Part shown: one piece after another, positions 8,407 to 15,356 of the stretch
Layout: each line of letters begins with the position of its first letter
Position numbering within the stretch: the first letter of the stretch is position 1
Virus record (IMG/VR): IMGVR_UViG_3300044267_004781
Span: 1 to 27,780 of that record
Source: a virus
Taxonomy: Duplodnaviria > Caudoviricetes
Length of the DNA stretch: 27,780 nucleotides
Strand: one strand, 5' to 3'
Notes under the pieces: model-generated
The model's database searches: none
Told to the model about the DNA's origin: nothing
Seen by the model: only the letters and a program-made list of their open reading frames with translations
Translations under genes and position numbers: made by a program

Positions 8407-8582
8407 AACGTTTTTTGTTTTTGTTTTTTTATTTTTTCCTGATTATATTTTTTCATATTACTTAAGAAGCTATCAGGCTTTAAGCTATCTAAAATAAAAT
8501 TCCCTTTGCAGACGAAACATCCGTCTATTTCTATGAGTGACATCCTTTGACACCTCAAACAAAATCTAAATTTTTGACTCAT
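8403..8582 (-). CDS. Small zinc-ribbon protein (59 aa, below ORF-track cutoff)
   Basis: MSQKFRFCLRCQRMSLIEIDGCFVCKG...; two CxxC motifs; ATGA overlaps at both ends. Confidence 0.7.
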   Translation of the reverse strand: MSQKFRFCLRCQRMSLIEIDGCFVCKGNFILDSLKPDSFLSNMKKYNQEKIKKQKQKTL

Positions 8583-8860
8583 TTCTTTTGATCTTTATAA
8601 TTGTTAATGTAATCATCTAACGCACCGATGTATGCAACCGCATCTAAGAGGTTATCTTTTTTATAATGATACGAATGTCTAGATAGTTTCAAAGCTACCA
8701 TACAAGCGTAAATATCCTCAGCAGTTAGATCTTTTCCTGTCATACCTTGAGCTATCTTCGCTGCTCTTTCCATACCAGCAGAAAACGGCCCATAAGATCT
8801 TTGTTTCTCTTCAGCTCTTTCATGAATTATTTCATGAGCCTCTTTTAATATATTTTTCAT
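8579..8860 (-). CDS. DUF6378-like helical protein (nucleotide-metabolism associated)
   Basis: ILKEAHEII..R...YG..., MVALKLSR, DNLLDAVAY. Confidence 0.8.
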   Translation of the reverse strand: MKNILKEAHEIIHERAEEKQRSYGPFSAGMERAAKIAQGMTGKDLTAEDIYACMVALKLSRHSYHYKKDNLLDAVAYIGALDDYINNYKDQKK

Positions 8861-9117
8861 ACGTGTCTCTTTCCTAAAAATCTAAAATTAGAAGTACCAT
8901 CTATATAGTTCTTCCCGTTAATTGTTTTAGTCCTTAAATTTTCAAATACATTTTGCTCTTGTAAATAAGGTATGAATCTCTTTGACAAATAATGAGTATC
9001 AAATACATCTAGCATATAGATCTTATTGTCAGGTACAGATCTCCATTGTGTTCGAATATAAGTGCCACCATATATTGATGGTCTTGGCTTATTTATCTTA
9101 ATCAAAATTGCTTTCAT
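8857..9117 (-). CDS. Hypothetical protein
   Basis: 86-aa ORF, first gene of the coupled operon. Confidence 0.65.
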   Translation of the reverse strand: MKAILIKINKPRPSIYGGTYIRTQWRSVPDNKIYMLDVFDTHYLSKRFIPYLQEQNVFENLRTKTINGKNYIDGTSNFRFLGKRHV

Positions 9118-9208
9118 AATATTAATGTTGTTTTAAAAATCTCCACTTGCGCCCATGATTCACTACTTTAATAAGTGATGCTCGACTTATAGTTTTGATC
9201 TTGTTATT

Positions 9209-9236
9209 AAAAAAAGGGAGGACCTAGATCCTCCCC
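9209..9236 (-). terminator. Rho-independent terminator
   Basis: GGGAGGAT-CTAG-GTCCTCCC followed by T7. Confidence 0.85.
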
Positions 9237-9253
9237 ATGAAAAAAAAAATAAA

Positions 9254-9916
9254 CTATGCTACAATAAAAGATTTGTAAAACTTATTGAAAATCGTCATCT
9301 TTGCTTTCTTACTAATAGTTTTTTTGCAAAGTTTTTCTCCTAAATATTTACCAAATTCCGATTTGTATTTATTAGCGTAGAACTCAGCGAAACATATCGC
9401 AGCATCTTGATCCCATTCGAAATTAGGATTGTTTAAAGCTTCAACATGTTCCATTGTTCTTAAGTAATCCTCATCCGTGAATTGTTCAAGATCAATCTTT
9501 GAAAATTCCTCCTCTTCAGCTTTATTATAATTTGCTATTCTAACTCCCATGTCATTCTTAAGAATAAATGATCCAGGAATTTCTTTTAATTCATCAGCTA
9601 ATTCTTGTTGAGCCATTCTAGTTATTTCAGCACTTGCTCCTCCGATGTTAAAATCATAATGGATCTCATCATCTAACTTTGTGTACTCTTTCCAGTCATA
9701 TACTGTAAATACATATCCTTCTGAAGTTTCGAATTTGAATTCTAAATTGACCTTATCTTTGCCTGTATTAGAATAGCCATAATGATAACTTCCGTCATCG
9801 ATAGTACCTTGTCTTTTATCTAATTTAAAAAATACTTGCAATAATTGTTTAGGAGTACATCTGATAGTATACCCGTGATAACTTGTTCCTGATATAGATT
9901 TGTTTGATAATTTCAT
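9254..9916 (-). CDS. Hypothetical early protein
   Basis: 220-aa ORF between a promoter-like region and a terminator; GTSYHG...FTVYDWK...FNIGG N-terminal domain. Confidence 0.75.
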   Translation of the reverse strand: MKLSNKSISGTSYHGYTIRCTPKQLLQVFFKLDKRQGTIDDGSYHYGYSNTGKDKVNLEFKFETSEGYVFTVYDWKEYTKLDDEIHYDFNIGGASAEITRMAQQELADELKEIPGSFILKNDMGVRIANYNKAEEEEFSKIDLEQFTDEDYLRTMEHVEALNNPNFEWDQDAAICFAEFYANKYKSEFGKYLGEKLCKKTISKKAKMTIFNKFYKSFIVA

Positions 9917-9960
9917 AATTTCTAAGATTTTTTGTTAAAATTAATTGTTGTTTGTTGATG

Positions 9961-9968
9961 CTAATATA
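9961..9968 (-). promoter_or_regulatory. Probable early promoter -7 box variant (TATATTAG)
   Basis: One mismatch to TAnnTTTG, in the intergenic gap between the late and early modules. Confidence 0.4.
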
Positions 9969-10041
9969 CAAAAATCTGGATACGTGGTACATTTTTTTTA
10001 AAAAAATTGCACTTTTTTTTTCGCCCCATCATATAAGTATA

Positions 10042-10791
10042 TTATTTATATACATATTTAGATCCTAAATCCATAGGAATAAATAGCCCACATCGTCCAT
10101 TATCTAATACCACACCACATCCAAGTGTAGGCCTTCTTGGATAGTTTCTACCATAAGCAAACGCGTATGCATCTATGTCTATACCACAACCTACATTAAG
10201 ACCGAAGATTAGATTATTCTTAGACGCTATATAATTGACTCCACCGAACGAATGTGTATGTCCTATAATAGTAGATTGCTGATTCAATATCGCGCGTTTA
10301 ATCGCGGCTTGTTGACCACTAGTTCCTGTTCCATGAGTAAATATACAATCATTGATTGTCCATTCTAATTCCCATTTCCATCCTTTAGGCGCTTCCCATA
10401 TTTCTTCGTATGTTCTTAAGAATCTTTTTGGTATACCCGCTGTTTGAGCTTGACGAAAAGGAAGAGCGGAATGATTACCCACACAAACCTTAACTTCAGG
10501 GAATGCTCTATACCATTTCTGTAATTCTTTTAATGCTAATTCCGCTTCGGATTCTGGAGCATGTGCTTCTGGTGGTTTTTCATGATAACTCAACGCAGCA
10601 TTATCACATTCGTCTCCGATATGGATCACAGTACTGCATCTATATTTCTCTTGAACTGATCTGCAAAAATCTAAATATTTAGGGTGATTAAAAGGGATAT
10701 GTGTGTCACCAATGACAAGAATGTTTGGTCTATTTCTAAACTCTTTAATAAGATCATATTCATTTTTTGTTAGTCTCGGTCTATATTCCAA
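10042..10791 (-). CDS. Calcineurin-like metallophosphoesterase
   Basis: GDTH, HIGD, GNH, THG and GHTH motifs. Confidence 0.9.
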   Translation of the reverse strand: MEYRPRLTKNEYDLIKEFRNRPNILVIGDTHIPFNHPKYLDFCRSVQEKYRCSTVIHIGDECDNAALSYHEKPPEAHAPESEAELALKELQKWYRAFPEVKVCVGNHSALPFRQAQTAGIPKRFLRTYEEIWEAPKGWKWELEWTINDCIFTHGTGTSGQQAAIKRAILNQQSTIIGHTHSFGGVNYIASKNNLIFGLNVGCGIDIDAYAFAYGRNYPRRPTLGCGVVLDNGRCGLFIPMDLGSKYVYK

Positions 10792-10792
10792 A

Positions 10793-11167
10793 TTATTTTT
10801 TTATTTTTTCGATACTTCTACCTCCAAAATAGGCTCCTACTACAGATATTAATACTAATTGAAGAAGATCCACCCATGAATCCTTGACATTAAATTCAAT
10901 AAAACCAGCATCTATAAATACAAGTGCCATTGTAGATGATATTAAAAAAGCTAATGTCAAAGGTCTAATGTTTTTACTAAGCCATGAATCACTACCCATA
11001 TCAGCTTTCCATCTTTCTGTTATATTCTTTTGAAGCTCAACCTCAGATTCTAATAACATTTTTTTCATTGCGTTTTTCAATGCTATCTTCTCTTCTTTAG
11101 TTGTAACTACATCATCTATTATTTGACTAGCATCACCAACTAAAGATTTCAACAATCCTTTTATCAT
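10793..11167 (-). CDS. Holin (3-TM / GTA-holin-like)
   Basis: RWKADM.SDSWLSKNIRP, hydrophobic helices, GAYFGGRS.EK. Confidence 0.85.
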   Translation of the reverse strand: MIKGLLKSLVGDASQIIDDVVTTKEEKIALKNAMKKMLLESEVELQKNITERWKADMGSDSWLSKNIRPLTLAFLISSTMALVFIDAGFIEFNVKDSWVDLLQLVLISVVGAYFGGRSIEKIKK

Positions 11168-11349
11168 ATTAATTCAAATCCAAAATTTAATATCATTAAT
11201 CTAAACCTTGCACAACTTCCTTTTTTGTTATCACATTTCCAGCAAGGACAAAGCATTAATTCAAACACTGTCAACGTGCTTATTCTCAATGCTAATTCGT
11301 ATCTATCTTTCTTGTTACCTGATCTCCAGGAATTTACCCAATTTATCAT
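11164..11349 (-). CDS. Small hypothetical protein in the lysis cassette
   Basis: 61 aa with 4 Cys, between endolysin and holin, coupled to the holin. Confidence 0.65.
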   Translation of the reverse strand: MINWVNSWRSGNKKDRYELALRISTLTVFELMLCPCWKCDNKKGSCARFRLMILNFGFELI

Positions 11350-11352
11350 ATT

Positions 11353-11820
11353 TTAAATCTTTTTTGTTATACTATTTTTATATTTAGTTTTACCATTTAC
11401 GTTTTTATAAGCCTCTAGTAATTGCTTTCTATTGTTATCTTTGTTATAAGAAATATGAATCCAACTATAATCAAACTCATTAATCATCTGATCAAAATCT
11501 AGATCCATTTCTAATACTGTATCAAAGATTAATTTATTATCTGATTTTCCATCGATAATTATATTAAGATCTACTGCTTGTCCTTTGCAATGTTGTGATC
11601 TTGAAGAACCACCGATTGCTTTATTTAATTCAACAGAACGATAGCCAGAATTAATTCTAATTGGTCCTAGTCTATTTCTAAGAGGTTGTAGAATTTTCAT
11701 AACTATAATCTGTAGATTTCTCACCACATCTTTGCTAGGATCATTTTCAATACCCAGTCTCAAAGCAGTATTGCTTTTTGTCATTTCATGTAAAGTGAAA
11801 TTTTTAGATAATCGCATCAT
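11353..11820 (-). CDS. Endolysin, peptidase M15A family
   Basis: LSKNFTL.E, INSGYRS..LN..IGGS..SQH.KGQAVD, WIHISY. Confidence 0.92.
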   Translation of the reverse strand: MMRLSKNFTLHEMTKSNTALRLGIENDPSKDVVRNLQIIVMKILQPLRNRLGPIRINSGYRSVELNKAIGGSSRSQHCKGQAVDLNIIIDGKSDNKLIFDTVLEMDLDFDQMINEFDYSWIHISYNKDNNRKQLLEAYKNVNGKTKYKNSITKKI

Positions 11821-12146
11821 TCGAATTTAGCTAAATATATTTTGTTAATATGTGATTGGATTTCTTTTTTAGTTACATCTAATTCCATCATTATATTAGC
11901 CTCAAACCTAACTACTTCAATATCATTATCTAATACAATAATAGTGGGTACTGCGAATATATTATATTTCTCCTGCAACTCAGGACTATCACATATAACT
12001 ACATTCGATTTCTCACAATCTTTAAGAGTAGTAATATCATAATCGTTATCAACATTCCAATCACTATTAAAATGTATTACACTAACTTGAGAATAACAAG
12101 CTAAACATAGTACACTACTTATTATTAATGTTATATAATTTCTCAT
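11817..12146 (-). CDS. Secreted thioredoxin-fold protein lacking CxxC
   Basis: Signal peptide ending ..CYSQ; HFNSDWN in place of F.A.WC..C; PELQEKYNIFAVPTIIVL....EVVRF cis-Pro motif. Confidence 0.7.
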   Translation of the reverse strand: MRNYITLIISSVLCLACYSQVSVIHFNSDWNVDNDYDITTLKDCEKSNVVICDSPELQEKYNIFAVPTIIVLDNDIEVVRFEANIMMELDVTKKEIQSHINKIYLAKFE

Positions 12147-12411
12147 CTAATTTATCGATTTTAGTTTCTATTTTATTCAATTGAGTTTGTTGATTTTCTA
12201 ATTGAGTTCCATTATTTAAAATTGTCTGACGTATCAACTGATCTTTTAGTTCAAATTCCTTTTCTGATATTGGCATCTTAGGAAGAGTTTTTGCTATTTC
12301 AACTTCTGCCATCAAAGTAAAATATGTTGCCGACAAAGATATTACAAAACCAACTATCATTATAATAGTTTTGAGATCTAATGTGAATTCTGACTTTTCG
12401 TTTATTTTCAT
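12115..12411 (-). CDS. Single-TM membrane protein with C-terminal coiled coil
   Basis: TM segment IIMIVGFVISLSATYFTL; heptads LNKIETKIDKLDEKL. Confidence 0.7.
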   Translation of the reverse strand: MKINEKSEFTLDLKTIIMIVGFVISLSATYFTLMAEVEIAKTLPKMPISEKEFELKDQLIRQTILNNGTQLENQQTQLNKIETKIDKLDEKLYNINNK

Positions 12412-12908
12412 TTTAATCTATATTTAATTTGTCCATTTACTATATAAATTCCTTTTGGCTCTTTGATCTCGTGACCTAATATATTATAGATCTTATTGTT
12501 AGTTGTAGATTTTAATAATATTTCTTGAAGAGCAGTATCACATGGGATTCCAGAATCGCAATCAATATATTCTGTGATTATAACATCTATAAATTCTGTG
12601 ACAGTGATCGTGTCATATATATTTTCATACACATAAATAGTATCACAAGGTTCAGGACCATAAGATCCACAATCCTCTAATGTTGTAGGAATAGCTTCAT
12701 TTTCATCAGAACCATCCACACAGTCCAACCAGCCATCGTTAAGGTAATAAAGATCAGGGCCATTAGGCACGCAACCATTAGGACTATACTGAGTCCAATT
12801 AGATTCATCATCGCCACAATAAAAACCATTTTGTTCCACACATAATTCACAATTCGTTTGACTAAAAGCATAGCTAGATATAAATAATATAAATAATAAT
12901 TTTTTCAT
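12408..12908 (-). CDS. Secreted protein with LDL-receptor class A-like motif and T9SS-type C-terminal sorting signal
   Basis: Signal peptide MKKLLFILFISSYAFSQ; FYC...GCV...NDGWLDCVDGSDE; C-terminus IYNILGHEIKEPKGIYIVNGQIKYRLK. Confidence 0.7.
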   Translation of the reverse strand: MKKLLFILFISSYAFSQTNCELCVEQNGFYCGDDESNWTQYSPNGCVPNGPDLYYLNDGWLDCVDGSDENEAIPTTLEDCGSYGPEPCDTIYVYENIYDTITVTEFIDVIITEYIDCDSGIPCDTALQEILLKSTTNNKIYNILGHEIKEPKGIYIVNGQIKYRLK

Positions 12909-12909
12909 T

Positions 12910-13929
12910 TTAAAACATTAAATAGTTAAAACCAAATTTGCACTCATATACTGGTATATTCCAATATCGTTGGTGTGTTCCTTCTACAAAGATTCCAAAA
13001 TGTTTGTTGACTCTAATTCCTAGAATGAGACCAGAATCCCAATCTAATTGTTCTAGATCTTCTCCATATTCAAAAGAATAATCATCTAGTCCATAATGAT
13101 ACGGCATAACGTTAGCCCAAAAATGCATCCAATAGTTATCATGATAATTATAATAAGCTAATCCTACAACACCACTGATTTCATTTTGATCTCCAATTTT
13201 ATTCAATTCCCTTTCATTAAAAGATGCAACAGCGTCTCCAAAATAGTGCTTATAAAACTCATCATTTGAAGTTGCTATCAATTCACCTTCATTGAACCAA
13301 TGCCATGATCCATTTACAAACTCAGTACTATAACCGAATTCGCCTGCTAACTGTGAAAATGATTGTTCCCCTGGCGTCCAAAAATCTTCTATTGGATTCA
13401 CTCCATAAACAGGATGTCTTCTAAAGCAAACTCCAAATGTTAGATCCCATTTGCCCTTATTAATTCTATATCTAGTGTCTATAGAATTATACATTAGATT
13501 AACTCTTTGATTGTCCTTATGTTGAACTTTAGTCACACATCTAGATCCTAAATAACGCAGCCAAAAATTCTTCTCAGTAAACTTGTCACCTCTATTTCTT
13601 ATAAAAGAATAGTTAGCTAAATACTCCCATCCCATAGCATTTCCAATTGTTACATTATCTGCTACAGCTTTCTCAGTTCCATAGTACCATGTTTTTACTT
13701 TATACTCATAATCAAAACGAGCAATCTTTCTTACTCCAAATGTTAAATTATAATCGTAGTCATTTATTTGAGTTATATCTTCATAACCCTTGTCAATAGC
13801 CATATAGTTTTCTCTTTCCATCATACTAGTATTCATACTCATAGAAGTATAGAATGTTGAGTATTTTAAAAAGTCAATTTGACTATAACATTGTGCTGTG
13901 ATAAATAATAATATTAATATATATTTCAT
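12910..13929 (-). CDS. Putative outer-membrane beta-barrel protein
   Basis: Signal peptide, many amphipathic aromatic beta-strands, C-terminal YECKFGFNYLMF ending in Phe. Confidence 0.65.
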   Translation of the reverse strand: MKYILILLFITAQCYSQIDFLKYSTFYTSMSMNTSMMERENYMAIDKGYEDITQINDYDYNLTFGVRKIARFDYEYKVKTWYYGTEKAVADNVTIGNAMGWEYLANYSFIRNRGDKFTEKNFWLRYLGSRCVTKVQHKDNQRVNLMYNSIDTRYRINKGKWDLTFGVCFRRHPVYGVNPIEDFWTPGEQSFSQLAGEFGYSTEFVNGSWHWFNEGELIATSNDEFYKHYFGDAVASFNERELNKIGDQNEISGVVGLAYYNYHDNYWMHFWANVMPYHYGLDDYSFEYGEDLEQLDWDSGLILGIRVNKHFGIFVEGTHQRYWNIPVYECKFGFNYLMF

Positions 13930-13936
13930 AATTTTT

Positions 13937-14209
13937 TTATTTCTTTTTTTCCTCTTTATTTATTTTATCTATTTCTTGTACAACATTATCAATTCTGCCA
14001 TCCTGTTCAATACCTGTGAACCTTCTAAGCTCATCAATATCCTGTTGCATTAATTCTATTTGATACACTAACGCAGCTAAATGAGGATGGTCATCTGACA
14101 TTATTGAGATGTCAGCTAATAATCCTTCATCATATTTTTCTTCTAATTTTCCAACATCTCTTTCGTTGAGATTATGTATTATTCCTGATTTTTTTTTACC
14201 TAGTGCCAT
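13937..14209 (-). CDS. Hypothetical coiled-coil protein
   Basis: 90 aa; LAALVYQIELMQQDIDELRR. Confidence 0.65.
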   Translation of the reverse strand: MALGKKKSGIIHNLNERDVGKLEEKYDEGLLADISIMSDDHPHLAALVYQIELMQQDIDELRRFTGIEQDGRIDNVVQEIDKINKEEKKK

Positions 14210-14219
14210 AATTTTTAAT

Positions 14220-15356
14220 TTAATATCCTGTACGAGGATCTTTGTCGTAACTATATTGCATTAATCCAGCTATATCTCCATACAAATAGACGTTAGATTT
14301 GTTTGTACTCCTAATGAAACAAGCTATCCCAGTACCTTTAGGCAATGATCCAAAATTAGATAGCCCACCAAAGTCTACTCTATAGGGCCTATAATATCTT
14401 TCGCCACTAGTATAAGTATCATCTAATTGATTTGTTTCTAAAGCAATTTCATGTTGAGTCGGAATACCTGTTAACCCATCACCACTACCGGTTGTTATTG
14501 CATAAAACTTGAATTCTAAATCCGCATCACCACCGCCACTAACAGAAATATAAAAAGTTGCCTGACCACCAAGGAATTGTTCGCTTGGCAATAGTGTAGG
14601 TGCTTGATCGCTGGCAACAGTATGAGATATACTTCTATAAGTATTTGTATTATTAGTGAATGCGGGTGATGATCCGTTTCCATAATTAGTATAATAATTT
14701 CCAGCACAATACCAATAATTTTGAGTGAAAATTCTACATAAATATGTTGAAGATCCTGTAGCAAATTGAAAATCATATCTACCTCCAAGAACTGCTTTTT
14801 TTGCGATGCTTTTGTAGTCAGGTACGATAAAAGAACCTGGCCTAAAATTATAACCCCCCTGAATAAAATTAAAAGAAGATATATCAATAGATGTGTCTCG
14901 TGAATCCATTGTATTAGCGCATTGTAATTTTACAGATTGATATGTAAAAGGATCATATATATAAAAAAATTGGTATTTTACCAACAAATAAGTTCCTTCT
15001 AGAGTTCCTCTATCAGTTATAGGTATTGACGTCTGTGCTCCACGAGGTATTTTTCTAGATGTTCTAGCAATAGCATTATCCAAAAGCCAAAGATAAAAAG
15101 GATTACTCATTCCAGGTGAGTATTTAAGGACTCCACCTTTTCGATCACTTAAGTTTGTTGTATTAGATCCACCTATATGCAAATTAAAACCAGTCCCTCT
15201 AGTTGGATTATAATAAGTATTATTTTTTAATGTTGTATTTTCTAATCTTTGAAGCCAATGTAGAATCTTAGGTGGTATAGCAGAAGATTGATTAGATGGC
15301 CTCTTATTATACTTCTTGTGTAAATCTATATTTTTTCCGTAAGGTCTTTTAGCCAT
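14220..15356 (-). CDS. Putative tail-tip/receptor-binding structural protein
   Basis: Beta-rich 378-aa ORF overlapping the end of the large tail protein. Confidence 0.55.
   Translation of the reverse strand: MAKRPYGKNIDLHKKYNKRPSNQSSAIPPKILHWLQRLENTTLKNNTYYNPTRGTGFNLHIGGSNTTNLSDRKGGVLKYSPGMSNPFYLWLLDNAIARTSRKIPRGAQTSIPITDRGTLEGTYLLVKYQFFYIYDPFTYQSVKLQCANTMDSRDTSIDISSFNFIQGGYNFRPGSFIVPDYKSIAKKAVLGGRYDFQFATGSSTYLCRIFTQNYWYCAGNYYTNYGNGSSPAFTNNTNTYRSISHTVASDQAPTLLPSEQFLGGQATFYISVSGGGDADLEFKFYAITTGSGDGLTGIPTQHEIALETNQLDDTYTSGERYYRPYRVDFGGLSNFGSLPKGTGIACFIRSTNKSNVYLYGDIAGLMQYSYDKDPRTGY

Noticed and set aside
9121-9200. Possible riboswitch or structured leader before the modification operon
   Set aside because: Only a weak TCACT/AGTGA stem; no recognisable aptamer.
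13937-14209. Resemblance to the coiled-coil end of peptidase S74 tail-fibre chaperones
   Set aside because: No SD.RLK autocleavage motif; the similarity is limited to a generic heptad.
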